Assembly: GCA_016933535.1 (NCBI GenBank)
Contig: JAFGAS010000077.1
Coordinates: forward strand, 1,540-65,539
Origin: Candidatus Zymogenaceae bacterium
GTDB lineage: Bacteria; Desulfobacterota; Zymogenia; Zymogenales; Zymogenaceae
Length of the DNA stretch: 64,000 nucleotides
Reading direction: 5' to 3'
Of the stretch, positions 52,409-62,008 are shown in pieces; the first letter of the stretch is position 1, and every line of letters starts with the position of its first letter. The notes beneath the pieces are model-generated. The model was not told the origin of the DNA, did not search any database, and worked only from the letters and a program-made list of their open reading frames with translations. The position numbers and the translations under genes are program-made.

Positions 52409-54397
52409 CTAAGGCTTACGCACGTCGCCCATCGGCTTTGTTAGTATATTCCATAGCGTTCGCCTGTATCGGATAACACATCCCCCAACCGCGATCACCA
52501 GCAGGCAGATGACGATAATAGTCAGGCGCCGATCGACATAGACGGCGCTCACGCTCGTCTCCTCACCCATACCAATCAGTTTCACGAAACGAAAGACCTT
52601 CCCTCTGAGCGGCAGGTCAAAGCCCTCGGAGGCCGGCGGCAATTCCGCTCCCGTCTTATCGGGCATCTGCTGCTGCTCGTAGATGGCCTCTTCGAGTTCC
52701 TCCTGCCGTTCGTACACCGACCTCTTGAGGCGCATGTTTTCCGACACAAAGGATTTTGTCGCCTCCGAAGAGAGCACCTCCGTGAAGTATTCGATCGGCT
52801 CCATGTCTCCGCCGAAAGACAGGTACGACATACCCTCAGGGAGGTAGAAAGTCGCCATCATCTGGCCGGTTGGGATTTCGAGCCGCGGCAGCGGCAGCAG
52901 CAGCCGCCCGGCCAGCCCCAGCGTTTTCGTCGGCACGAAGATGACAACGGAGACGATAAATGGTTCGGCGGCATCGCCGGTACCCATCGGAAGGGGTACC
53001 ATGACGACACCCTCCTGTTTGGTCGACGTCCTTACCGCAATTCCCCGCACCGAGGCCGACCAGAAGACCGAACCGGCCGGCAGGGATATCTTGAGAAACT
53101 GGAGGTTCCTGTTGCGGATAAAATAGTTCGTCCTCACGACCATCTTGCCGTCCGTTGTCACCAGGACGACCGAGTTTGCCGAATCGGCAAAGGCCGAGAG
53201 CGCATACAGGGCCTCCCCCTTTCCGATCGCCACCGAGAGAGAAAAACCGGGGTCGGTAAAACGATAGGCAAGGATCGGCGGCAGGGCCGACAGGGAGACA
53301 ATGGCCTGGGGAAGCTCGGAGGGGTCCCGGGGCGTGAGAAGCTCGGCCTTTTCCTCGGTAACCTCAAATCCGCCGCCCGAGACGACCATGACAAAGCCCG
53401 TCGTCCGGATGGCGCCCACGGGGGTGACCTTGGGCAGCGCGGCCGAATCCATATCCTCCGTCCTTCCCTTCTCGAAGGAAAAAACAAGCCCGTAGGTCCC
53501 GATGACGTCGTATCCGACGGTAACGGCAACCTCCGTGCGGTCCTCGGAAACCTTCCATGAAGCGATCCCCTCTCCCGTTACATCCAGGAGGTCAAAGCCC
53601 TTCGGCAGCTTTACCCGAAACGACCGCACGGGGGCGTTTCTTACTTCGTAGCCGATGCGGGTCCATGAAAGGACCGCTTCCTCCTCGATATCCATTACCG
53701 ACAGGACCTCGGCAATTATCTCCGGGGGACCGATTATCTTCTTGCCGGGGGCCTCCGGTTTATCCACGGCTGCAACGGTATAGGAGACCGTGATGCCGCC
53801 GCTGCCCGAGAGCACCGACGAGATTCTCCCCGGCGCAGAAGCGGTGACAACCCCGCCGACCCCCACGTCGGTAAAATAACGCGGGTAACTCAGATCGACA
53901 CCCCTGACCGCCGCATTGGGGCCCGGGATCGTTACCGTGTGGGGACCCGGCGTCTGGGGGGCGTCGCAAACGACGACCGCCCGGATCGTCTTTTTCCCCT
54001 CGCCCACAAACGCCACCCACACACCGTCATCCCGCACAAACGTGACCGCCTCCTTATCGTCGACCCAAACCGAGACCAGCGGCGTATCCCGGCCGGCAAC
54101 GAACAGCTCGTGCCATCCCTCACCATAGGCCGTTGCGTAAAGAATCACCGACGATTCCAGCCGACCGGACGAAAGGCGGATGGAATAGGCCGCCCTGCCG
54201 ACCGAAACGTCAAACGGCGGCGGAGGAGGAGGGGCCGGCTTGCGGCCGAGCTCCTCCATCATCTTTACAAACTGGTCCCACGGCACGGTAATCTTCGTAT
54301 CGGGCAACGACGGGAACGCTGCCTTTTCGGCGCGGACCTGAGAGGCCGTCAGGATAAGAAGAAGGACCAGCAGCGCCGGGAGAGCCTTACTTCTCAT
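52409..54397 (-). CDS. large secreted/membrane-anchored protein, paralog 1 (unknown family)
   Basis: Signal peptide MRSKALPALLVLLLILTASQVRA, ITVPWDQF, a P7 tract, a beta-rich body and one C-terminal TM (LTIIVICLLVIAVGGCVI). Collinear motifs are shared with 54387..56672. Confidence 0.85.
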   Translation of the reverse strand: MRSKALPALLVLLLILTASQVRAEKAAFPSLPDTKITVPWDQFVKMMEELGRKPAPPPPPPFDVSVGRAAYSIRLSSGRLESSVILYATAYGEGWHELFVAGRDTPLVSVWVDDKEAVTFVRDDGVWVAFVGEGKKTIRAVVVCDAPQTPGPHTVTIPGPNAAVRGVDLSYPRYFTDVGVGGVVTASAPGRISSVLSGSGGITVSYTVAAVDKPEAPGKKIIGPPEIIAEVLSVMDIEEEAVLSWTRIGYEVRNAPVRSFRVKLPKGFDLLDVTGEGIASWKVSEDRTEVAVTVGYDVIGTYGLVFSFEKGRTEDMDSAALPKVTPVGAIRTTGFVMVVSGGGFEVTEEKAELLTPRDPSELPQAIVSLSALPPILAYRFTDPGFSLSVAIGKGEALYALSAFADSANSVVLVTTDGKMVVRTNYFIRNRNLQFLKISLPAGSVFWSASVRGIAVRTSTKQEGVVMVPLPMGTGDAAEPFIVSVVIFVPTKTLGLAGRLLLPLPRLEIPTGQMMATFYLPEGMSYLSFGGDMEPIEYFTEVLSSEATKSFVSENMRLKRSVYERQEELEEAIYEQQQMPDKTGAELPPASEGFDLPLRGKVFRFVKLIGMGEETSVSAVYVDRRLTIIVICLLVIAVGGCVIRYRRTLWNILTKPMGDVRKP

Positions 54398-56672
54398 GTT
54401 TCTTTTCCAATTTGGATCGTTCTTTTTCCCGCTTGATGTGTTCCTCTTTCGACTGCCGGGCCATTTCCTTGATCTTTTCGATCAGGTCTCTGGCAAAGAG
54501 GCCGCCGCCGATGAGGACGGCAATAACGAGCCCCCACCAGGCCGCACCGGTGTCCATGATCAGGAAAACGGCAATCAGGATAATCGCAATCAACGATCCG
54601 CCGAACAGCGCCGCGAGCCTTCGATCGATAACGACCCGCCGCACCTCCAGGGACTGCCGCAACGCGATGATCAGGCTGACAAAGAGGATCCCGAACAGGG
54701 CCATGCCGATATAGAACAGGAGGCCGGAAACTCCTTTCCCCTCGTATCTGATCCTTATCGTGGACCGTTCGCCGGGGCTGACGATCGCCTTGGAAAAACT
54801 CATTGGTCGGCCGGAAAACGGAATGTCAAGCTTGACGGGCAGCACCCCCTTCATTCCCGTAACGCCGCCCATGGCCGACAGCCCCTCGGCGTAGATATTC
54901 TTTTCCATGTAGATCTGGGACCGGGGTTCTTCCTTCTTTTCGAAGTCGCCCCGGTACACCTCATCGGATGCATCCATTTCTTCCATGGGCGCCAACGCCG
55001 GGGCGTTCATTCCCATGTCTGATCCATACCCAATGGGGGCAGGCGTACTAGGCTCCATGTCCTTGCCGACACTCCTGTAGGAATACCGCTCCGGTAAATA
55101 TACCGTCCACGCCTGGGCATCGGTCTGGATATCAATGACGGGGGCGATAAACTCACGCCTGCCCAATAATGCACCGAGAGGCTTGGTTTCGGTAATATAG
55201 ACGACCTCTACGACAAAAGAGGTGAGCGAGGTGTCGGTGCGGGCGGACCGGTCAAGGGGGATAAGGATCGTGCCGTCCTTGTCCACCGACGGCTTGACCG
55301 GCCGATCCGAGACGTAGGCGCTCCAGAGGGTCGAACCCTCCGGCAGCGAAAGTCGCATGAACTGCTTGACGTTGTTTTTTATCTCAAAGACGGCCCGGGT
55401 CACCAGGTCGCCCCGAACCGTCAACAGAGAGGCCAGGTCGGCCTTCTTCACCACCGTGGTGAGGCTCGGGATATCCTCATAGGTCACGACCGAGAGTCTG
55501 AGGGCGTAGGGGTATTTCAGGTATTTATAGGAAAAGAGGATCGGGTTTTCCGAGGCGGAAACGAGATCGGGCGGAAGCTCGGAGCTGTCCAACCCGGCCA
55601 GGTTCTTGGACGAGATCTCCTCGATCCCCACCTTTGTGGAGGCGGTAACCGCCAGATAGCCGATCTCCCGGACCACGTCATTGACCTCGATCTGAGGCAC
55701 GTCGATATCGGCGGTGGTTCCTCCCATATTGCGCTCGTAGAGGAGCACGATGTTCGTCGTGCCGGAGACCGCAAATCCCGTGTTGATGAGAATCGTCGAG
55801 GTGTCGCCGTTCGGGACGGCCTTCCAGTCGCGAACCGCGTCTCCCGAGACGTCAAGGATATCGATGCCGGCCGGCACGACGACCGAAAACGTCGAGAGGG
55901 TCCCATGCGAGATGTCGTAGCTAACCGTGGTGACACCCTTCATAATCCCCTCACCCACCGAGATGATGGTATTGACCTGTGCCTGTACCCTGAGCGTCCC
56001 GGAGATCTCCTCACGTACGGCGGGGCTCCATGAGATAAGGGCCCGGTCGGTAACCGGCAGCACCGCATCCAGGGTTGTCGAGCCGCCGGAGGGCGTAACT
56101 TTCCTGAAGTGGGCGGGTGTTATCTGTATATCGAGACCCGGCCTGGGTACGGAAAACCTGAGCGTTGAAGACGGGACTTCCGGAAGGGGAATATCGACGG
56201 CGTTCGGGCCGGCACCGGTATCGACGGGGACGAAGAACTTCAGCGATACGGTGTGCGTTCCCGGTTTATCGGTAATAATAACATACATGCCGTTTCGAAC
56301 CGAAAGGGTAACGGGGACGCCGTCCATGGTAACGTCGGAAATCGCCGCTTCGCTGGACAGAAGCGGGACCTCGACCCATTTTTTCTCGGCCAGCACCACC
56401 ACCGCAAACGACGCGGAAAAAACGGCGCTGTCTCCCTCGAGTCTCCCGGTATAGGCCACCGAGCTCACCGAATAGTCGGCGGGGGGCGCGGGTGGGGCCG
56501 GGGGAGGCGGAGGCGGGGCGATCAGGTCCTTAATAAGCTCCTTGAAGTCCGACCAGGGGATAGTAACGGCGCCACCCGTCAGGTCGGGTAGCCCCCCTTG
56601 CTCGGACCGGGCGGATGCGGTTGCGAAAAATAACGCGACGACAATACAGGAAAAGATGATTGCCTTTTTCAC
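54387..56672 (-). CDS. large secreted/membrane-anchored protein, paralog 2 (unknown family)
   Basis: GTG start after GGGAGG. Signal peptide, VTIPWSDF, PPPPPPAPPAPP, three C-terminal TM segments and a Lys/Glu-rich tail. 11-nt overlap with paralog 1. Confidence 0.85.
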   Translation of the reverse strand: MKKAIIFSCIVVALFFATASARSEQGGLPDLTGGAVTIPWSDFKELIKDLIAPPPPPPAPPAPPADYSVSSVAYTGRLEGDSAVFSASFAVVVLAEKKWVEVPLLSSEAAISDVTMDGVPVTLSVRNGMYVIITDKPGTHTVSLKFFVPVDTGAGPNAVDIPLPEVPSSTLRFSVPRPGLDIQITPAHFRKVTPSGGSTTLDAVLPVTDRALISWSPAVREEISGTLRVQAQVNTIISVGEGIMKGVTTVSYDISHGTLSTFSVVVPAGIDILDVSGDAVRDWKAVPNGDTSTILINTGFAVSGTTNIVLLYERNMGGTTADIDVPQIEVNDVVREIGYLAVTASTKVGIEEISSKNLAGLDSSELPPDLVSASENPILFSYKYLKYPYALRLSVVTYEDIPSLTTVVKKADLASLLTVRGDLVTRAVFEIKNNVKQFMRLSLPEGSTLWSAYVSDRPVKPSVDKDGTILIPLDRSARTDTSLTSFVVEVVYITETKPLGALLGRREFIAPVIDIQTDAQAWTVYLPERYSYRSVGKDMEPSTPAPIGYGSDMGMNAPALAPMEEMDASDEVYRGDFEKKEEPRSQIYMEKNIYAEGLSAMGGVTGMKGVLPVKLDIPFSGRPMSFSKAIVSPGERSTIRIRYEGKGVSGLLFYIGMALFGILFVSLIIALRQSLEVRRVVIDRRLAALFGGSLIAIILIAVFLIMDTGAAWWGLVIAVLIGGGLFARDLIEKIKEMARQSKEEHIKREKERSKLEKKHEK

Positions 56673-56752
56673 GACAAACCTCCCATAGGCGTGGATATGG
56701 ATAGTGACAACGATTTTCGATAATTGTTCTGAAGAAGTGACAGGATTTTTTA

Positions 56753-56781
56753 TTTATATCACCGTTTGAACCTTTTTTCAA
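56753..56781 (-). promoter_or_regulatory. sigma-70-like promoter candidate for the paralog operon
   Basis: Minus strand reads TTGAAA, 17 nt, TATAAA. Back to back with the plus-strand promoter at 56800. Confidence 0.4.
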
Positions 56782-56799
56782 CGAATATGATCGACATCC

Positions 56800-56828
56800 T
56801 TGCATTCGGGCGGGCAAGGCGCTATAAT
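56800..56828 (+). promoter_or_regulatory. sigma-70 promoter candidate for the HIT / aspartate kinase genes
   Basis: TTGCAT, 17 nt, TATAAT. Confidence 0.55.
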
Positions 56829-56864
56829 TTCTTTCACTTTTACCCCATGAGAGAGGTACGGCGT

Positions 56865-57212
56865 ATGGGATGTCTCTTTTGCAATCTGGTTGCCAAACAG
56901 CAACCTTCCACGATTGTCTATGAGGACGACAAGGTCTTCTGTTTTGAGGATATCAACCCCCTGGCGCCCGTCCACGTAGTGGTGGTCCCCAAGGAGCACG
57001 TCGACGATCTCAACACCCTGTACCGGAACGGCAAAATGTCGATCATGGAGGCTATGTACCGTGGTGCCTTCGAGGTCGCCAGGATAAAGGGCATTGACCA
57101 CCGGGGATTCCGCACGGTGATCAACAACGGACCCGAGGGCGGCCAGATCATCTGGCACCTGCACCTGCACGTGCTGGGGGGCAAACGCCTCGGCGACGGA
57201 CTGGCGGGATAG
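56865..57212 (+). CDS. HIT-family (HinT-like) nucleotide hydrolase
   Basis: CLFCNLV...VVVPKEH...[12 protein letters not shown] at 56865 follows GAGAGG. Confidence 0.85.
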   Translation: MGCLFCNLVAKQQPSTIVYEDDKVFCFEDINPLAPVHVVVVPKEHVDDLNTLYRNGKMSIMEAMYRGAFEVARIKGIDHRGFRTVINNGPEGGQIIWHLHLHVLGGKRLGDGLAG

Positions 57213-57223
57213 TCCCGCCAACG

Positions 57224-58459
57224 ATGGAAGGAAAGATGGATTCACAGACACAGCCGATCGTCGTGCATAAATACGGCGGCTCCTCGGTGGCCGACCCGGA
57301 CAAACTCAAACAGGTTGCCAAGCGAATTATCGCCGAGAAACGGCTCAACAAGCGCATTGTCGTTGTGGTCAGCGCCATGGGCGACACCACCGACCAACTC
57401 CTCTCGCTGGCAAAGGAAATGGTCGCCACCCCCACCGCCCGGGAGCTCGATATGCTGCTGTCCGTGGGGGAGCGCATCTCGATGACGCTGTTGTCTATGG
57501 CGCTCAACGAGATGGGCCACCCCGCGAAGTCCTTTACCGGGTCCCAGAGCGGCATCATCACCGATACGCGCCACTCCAACGCCCGGATTGTGGAGGTACG
57601 GCCCCGCCGGATCGTGGAGGCGCTCCAATCGGGCCTTATTGCCATCGTGGCGGGCTACCAGGGCGTCAGCATCGAAAACGAGGTGACGACACTGGGCCGC
57701 GGGGGGTCGGATACGACGGCGGTGGCGCTGGCGGCCGCCCTGGGCGCCGAGTACCTCGAAATCTGCTCGGACGTGGACGGGGTCCTCTCGACCGACCCCC
57801 GGATCGTGACCGATGCCAGGAAGATAGATCGGCTCTCGTTTGACGAGATGCAGGAAATGGCCGCGGCCGGGGCCCGGGTCCTCAACACGACCGCCGTCGA
57901 ATACGCAAAGCGGGCCGGCATCACCATCCGTTCGGTCTCCACCTTCGGAACGGGCGGGGGCACCGTTGTGGGCGATTTTTACGAGGAGACGCGCACGGGC
58001 CTTGTCCGGGCGGTGGTCTTCGAACGGGAATTGACCTACGTGGTCTCCGACGACCTTTTTTCCCGGCAGGAGATCACGGGACTCATGGATTTCCTGGATG
58101 ACGAGGCGGCCGACTACAAGCAGTTCGACCTCAAGACCTACGGCGGGCAAGGATTTTCGTTTAGTTTCATCCTGTCGCTGGAGAACGTCCACGGTTATCG
58201 GGGCATGAAGGAAAGGCTTGGCTCCCGTTTCCCAAAACGGATCCTCTTCTTCGAGGAGTGGGGGGCGCTGTCACTGATCGGTGAGGGAATCAACAATACC
58301 GGCCAAAACGTGAAAAAGACCATCTCTCTATTGAGCAGTCGGGGCATCCCGGTACACGACGTGCACACCTCGCGCTTCCGCATCAGCGCGCTGGTCGATC
58401 GGGCGGCAATCGACGAGGCGGTGAGAGTCTGTCACGACGCTTTCATCGCCGGCAAATGA
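57224..58459 (+). CDS. aspartate kinase
   Basis: [33 protein letters not shown], and C-terminal ACT-like repeats. Confidence 0.9.
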   Translation: MEGKMDSQTQPIVVHKYGGSSVADPDKLKQVAKRIIAEKRLNKRIVVVVSAMGDTTDQLLSLAKEMVATPTARELDMLLSVGERISMTLLSMALNEMGHPAKSFTGSQSGIITDTRHSNARIVEVRPRRIVEALQSGLIAIVAGYQGVSIENEVTTLGRGGSDTTAVALAAALGAEYLEICSDVDGVLSTDPRIVTDARKIDRLSFDEMQEMAAAGARVLNTTAVEYAKRAGITIRSVSTFGTGGGTVVGDFYEETRTGLVRAVVFERELTYVVSDDLFSRQEITGLMDFLDDEAADYKQFDLKTYGGQGFSFSFILSLENVHGYRGMKERLGSRFPKRILFFEEWGALSLIGEGINNTGQNVKKTISLLSSRGIPVHDVHTSRFRISALVDRAAIDEAVRVCHDAFIAGK

Positions 58460-58476
58460 CCCGGCAACATGCGCTG

Positions 58477-58501
58477 CGGCCGGAGATAGGCTCTCCGGCC
58501 G
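58477..58501 (+). terminator. hairpin after aspartate kinase
   Basis: CGGCCGGAG-loop-CTCCGGCCG, a 9-bp stem. Confidence 0.4.
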
Positions 58502-58520
58502 TATACATTTCAAAAATGTC

Positions 58521-58550
58521 CCCGGAAAGACTTTGTCCTTCCGGGTTTTT
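58521..58550. terminator. bidirectional rho-independent terminator between convergent aspartate kinase and kamA
   Basis: CCCGGAA / TTCCGGG stem, followed by TTTTT on the plus strand and by CATTTTTG on the minus strand. Confidence 0.55.
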
Positions 58551-58551
58551 C

Positions 58552-59826
58552 TTATGCGTGGAATTGGCTCTTCTTTCGCTTGTCCCGCACGGAGTCCGTG
58601 GGGCGCAGGGATGACGCCTCCCCGGTGAAGAGCTTTTCGATGCCGATGCTCTTTACCCCTTTCTCCTCCATCTTCCTGCAAATCGGGCACTCCTCGTGGT
58701 TGATGACCGGTTCCGTGTAGGAAGAGATAAATCCCTCGTAATTGCGGAAGATGATCTTGTGGTCGCTGCGAGATATCATATACTGGGGCATGACCGGGAT
58801 CTTGCCGCCGCCGCCGGGGGCGTCCACCACGAAGGTCGGGATTGCCAGGCCCGAGGTGTGGCCGCGCAGCCGCTCTATGATCTCGATGCCCTTGCCAACG
58901 GAGGTGCGGAAGTGCTCGATGCCCACCGAAAGGTCGCACTGGTAGAGGTAATAGGGCCGCACGCGGATCTTCATGAGGCCGTGGACGAGCGCCTTCATGA
59001 CGTGAATGCAGTCGTTGACGCCGCGCAGCAGCACCGACTGGTTGCCGACGGGGATGCCCCCCCGCGTGAGGAGATCGCAGGCCCGGGCCGACTCCTCGGT
59101 GATCTCGTTGGGGTGGTTAAAGTGGGTGTTGAACCAGATCGGGTGATACTTTGTGAGCATATCGACGAGTTCGGGGGTGATACGTTGGGGCAGCACCACC
59201 GGCGTTCGGGAGCCGACGCGGATGACCTCCACGTGGGGGATCTTCCGGAGCTCGGCAATAATCCACTCGATCTGGTCGTCTCCCAGCGTGAGCGGATCGC
59301 CGCCGGAAAGGAGCACGTCCCTTACCTCCGGCGTCTCCCGGATATAGTCGATATCGGCCAGTAGTTCGGCTTTACTGCGCATCTTGTCGTTGACGCCGAC
59401 CATGCGCCGGCGCGTACAGTGCCGGCAGTACATGGTGCACTGGTCGGTGACCTGAAAAAGGACCCGGTCGGGGTAGCGGTGGGTAAGGCCCGCCACGGGG
59501 GAGTCCTCGTCCTCGCTCAGGGGATCTTCGAGGTCCTCCGGGGCCTTGCGGGTTTCGCTGATCGTTGGGATGGCCTGCTTTCGGACGGGGCAGCAGCGGT
59601 CATCCGGGTCCATCAGGGAGGCATAGTAGGGAGAGACGGCCATCCTAAAGCGGGCCAGCGTCGTCCTGATCCCCTCTTCCTCCTCGGCGGTGAGGTTTAT
59701 GACCTTCTTGAGGGCCTCGACGGTGGTAATGCGGTTTCTGACGTGCCACCGCCAGTCGTTCCACTCTTTTTCTGTGACGTCTTTGAACAGCTCTATGTCT
59801 TTATAGCTTCTCATGGGTTTGTCCAT
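58552..59826 (-). CDS. kamA: L-lysine 2,3-aminomutase (radical SAM, PLP)
   Basis: EWNDWRWHVRNRI N-terminus, CTMYCRHCTRRR cluster, GGDPL, and a C-terminal CPICR Zn site. Confidence 0.95.
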   Translation of the reverse strand: MDKPMRSYKDIELFKDVTEKEWNDWRWHVRNRITTVEALKKVINLTAEEEEGIRTTLARFRMAVSPYYASLMDPDDRCCPVRKQAIPTISETRKAPEDLEDPLSEDEDSPVAGLTHRYPDRVLFQVTDQCTMYCRHCTRRRMVGVNDKMRSKAELLADIDYIRETPEVRDVLLSGGDPLTLGDDQIEWIIAELRKIPHVEVIRVGSRTPVVLPQRITPELVDMLTKYHPIWFNTHFNHPNEITEESARACDLLTRGGIPVGNQSVLLRGVNDCIHVMKALVHGLMKIRVRPYYLYQCDLSVGIEHFRTSVGKGIEIIERLRGHTSGLAIPTFVVDAPGGGGKIPVMPQYMISRSDHKIIFRNYEGFISSYTEPVINHEECPICRKMEEKGVKSIGIEKLFTGEASSLRPTDSVRDKRKKSQFHA

Positions 59827-60046
59827 TCAGTTTGGTTGCGAGATCGGCGCCCGGAGGAAACGGCAGTCCAAAAGGCCCGTTTGAATCCCCGGCGCCCCGA
59901 TACACTCGTGCCGGACGCACTCGGGCGTGCGGACATCAATCCGGCTTGTAGGCCCCGGTCTTGTATCCGCCGGTTCCGATCCGAAGCAGGCTCAGCATCT
60001 TGATAAACCAAACGTTCATGGTATAATGATCCTCGATCGCCCGCCG

Positions 60047-61429
60047 CTACCTTTTCAATTCCTTCCGGCAAGCCGACACGGCCTCGGCCACTACCGAGAG
60101 CCCCTCCATCAACGGCTCGGCCGTAATGATCAGCGGCGGATTGATCTTTACGGTGCCGCCGCCCGGCCCCAGGGGCGCGTAAAGCATGACGCCCTTCTGG
60201 ATGCACCTCTCCACGATGGCAAACGCCAGCGGATGGTCCGGCTCCTTGGTCCCGCTCTTGACGAAGAGAATCGCCGCCAAGAGCCCCTTGCCCTGGACGC
60301 GGCCGATGATGTCGCCGTGCTCGTCCTTGATCTTGCCCAGTTCGGCGTGAAGTATCTTGCCCATCTTCGCCGAGTTTTCCACGAGCTTGTTTTTCAGCAG
60401 CAGGTCTATACTGGTAAGCGCCGCCCGGCAGGTCAGCGGGTTGCCGCTGTGGGTGGAGGTCATCTCGCCCGGCCCGTAGATATCCATGAATTTCGAATTG
60501 CCGATGACCGCCGATATCGGCAACCCCCCGCTCATCCCCTTGCCGCAGCAGATGATGTCGGGAACGATGCCGTAGTGTTCGATGGAAAAGAGCTTTCCCG
60601 ACCTCCCGAAGCCCGCCTGCACCTCGTCGTCGATCAAGAGCGCTCCGGCGTCGTCACACCATTTTCTGAGCTTCTTGACGTACTCTCCGGGATAAAACCC
60701 TGCGATACCGCCTTGATAGGATTCCATCATCACGCCGCAGACGCGGTCCTTGCCGATCCCGCGGTCTGCCAGGCTCTTCTCGAAGACGTCAAAGCTCGTG
60801 TCCTCGAATCGATACCCGTCCGGAAACGGGACGTTGACGAACGTGGGGTCAAGCGCTCCGATCCAGTCTTTTAAGGCAGGAATACCGCCGGCCAGCTGTG
60901 AGCCGAGGGTCCGCCCGTGAAAGGAACCGGAAAAGGTCACGATGACGTTCTTGTCCGGGCCGACGGTGCGCGTACCCCAGGTCTTTGCCAGCTTGATGGC
61001 GTTTTCCGTGGCCTCCGCGCCGGTGGTCAGGAGAAAGACCTTATCCATCCCCTTCGGGGCGATCTCGATCATCTTCTTGACGAGCTTTGCCCTGGGCTCG
61101 TTGGGGAAGCAGTAGGAGTGGATCATGCCCGAGTTGATCTGATCCACGAGGGCCCGCTTCATCTCCGGGGGGAGGTGTCCGCAGTTGGCGACAAGCACGC
61201 CGGAGGAAAAGTCGATCCATTTGTTACCCCAGCGGTCCCGGACGGTGATGTTCTCGGCGTTATCCCACACGACCAGGGGTTGGCCGCTCATGGAGATCGG
61301 CTCGTATTTCCTGAGCTCCTTGAGGATTGGTATCGATTCCGGCACGGGGATATCGGTCAATATCTTTCGGTATTTGGTGGAAATTCGCTCGGTTTTCTTG
61401 GAAACCAGCTCGTAATTCATGTAGGCCAT
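60047..61429 (-). CDS. class III PLP aminotransferase (candidate beta-amino-acid / 3-aminobutyryl-CoA transaminase)
   Basis: GHLPPEM, LTTGAEATENA, DEVQAGFGRSG, CCGKGMSGGLP (PLP Lys). The pathway role is inferred from context only. Confidence 0.9.
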   Translation of the reverse strand: MAYMNYELVSKKTERISTKYRKILTDIPVPESIPILKELRKYEPISMSGQPLVVWDNAENITVRDRWGNKWIDFSSGVLVANCGHLPPEMKRALVDQINSGMIHSYCFPNEPRAKLVKKMIEIAPKGMDKVFLLTTGAEATENAIKLAKTWGTRTVGPDKNVIVTFSGSFHGRTLGSQLAGGIPALKDWIGALDPTFVNVPFPDGYRFEDTSFDVFEKSLADRGIGKDRVCGVMMESYQGGIAGFYPGEYVKKLRKWCDDAGALLIDDEVQAGFGRSGKLFSIEHYGIVPDIICCGKGMSGGLPISAVIGNSKFMDIYGPGEMTSTHSGNPLTCRAALTSIDLLLKNKLVENSAKMGKILHAELGKIKDEHGDIIGRVQGKGLLAAILFVKSGTKEPDHPLAFAIVERCIQKGVMLYAPLGPGGGTVKINPPLIITAEPLMEGLSVVAEAVSACRKELKR

Positions 61430-61444
61430 CGGTAAAACCTCCCG

Positions 61445-61855
61445 CTATTTCTTATTCGTTCTCTGAAGCTCTTTTGGAGTGACACAAATACCCCGCGCCT
61501 CCGCAACAATGACGGGCTCGGGTAAAAAATCGGCCGCCGAGGCGCTGATGTCCCGCCGTGCGGCCACTACCTTGCGGGCCGTAAACTCCATCGCCCGTGA
61601 TGTGCCGCCGACCTTCGTTATCCTTCCGGTCGCCTCGATATAGTCCCCCTCATAGACCGGGGCGATGAACCGGACCTCGTCGTAGCGCAGGAAGAGCCCC
61701 TCGTCGCCGTCGAGCCGAATGAGGAGCTCCGTGGCCACGTCGCCGAAGAGCGCCAGGATCCCGGCCCCATCCACCAGCCCGCCGCCGTAGTGGGCGTCGG
61801 CGCTGCTCATCCTGAGTCGGATTGTCGATTCGATGAGAATATCACTGTCGGCCAT
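61445..61855 (-). CDS. hotdog-fold protein, likely 3-aminobutyryl-CoA ammonia-lyase (Kal-like)
   Basis: 136 aa. [43 protein letters not shown] resembles Kal sequences as I remember them. Located in the lysine fermentation cluster. Confidence 0.65.
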   Translation of the reverse strand: MADSDILIESTIRLRMSSADAHYGGGLVDGAGILALFGDVATELLIRLDGDEGLFLRYDEVRFIAPVYEGDYIEATGRITKVGGTSRAMEFTARKVVAARRDISASAADFLPEPVIVAEARGICVTPKELQRTNKK

Positions 61856-62008
61856 CTGGTTACCCGTCTATATCTGAATATCTATCATACACCACTGCCG
61901 CCCGACCGTGCAAGGAATATGAGACGACCTCCCGGTACGCGGACGATACGGGCGTTTGCGACGCGCCCGACGGACGCTCCCGAAAAAGCGGATCTCGGGC
62001 CCGGCCAC

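Noticed and set aside
57242-58192. 316-aa minus-strand ORF, and 59927..60874 on the plus strand
   Set aside because: They are antisense to aspartate kinase and to the class III aminotransferase respectively.
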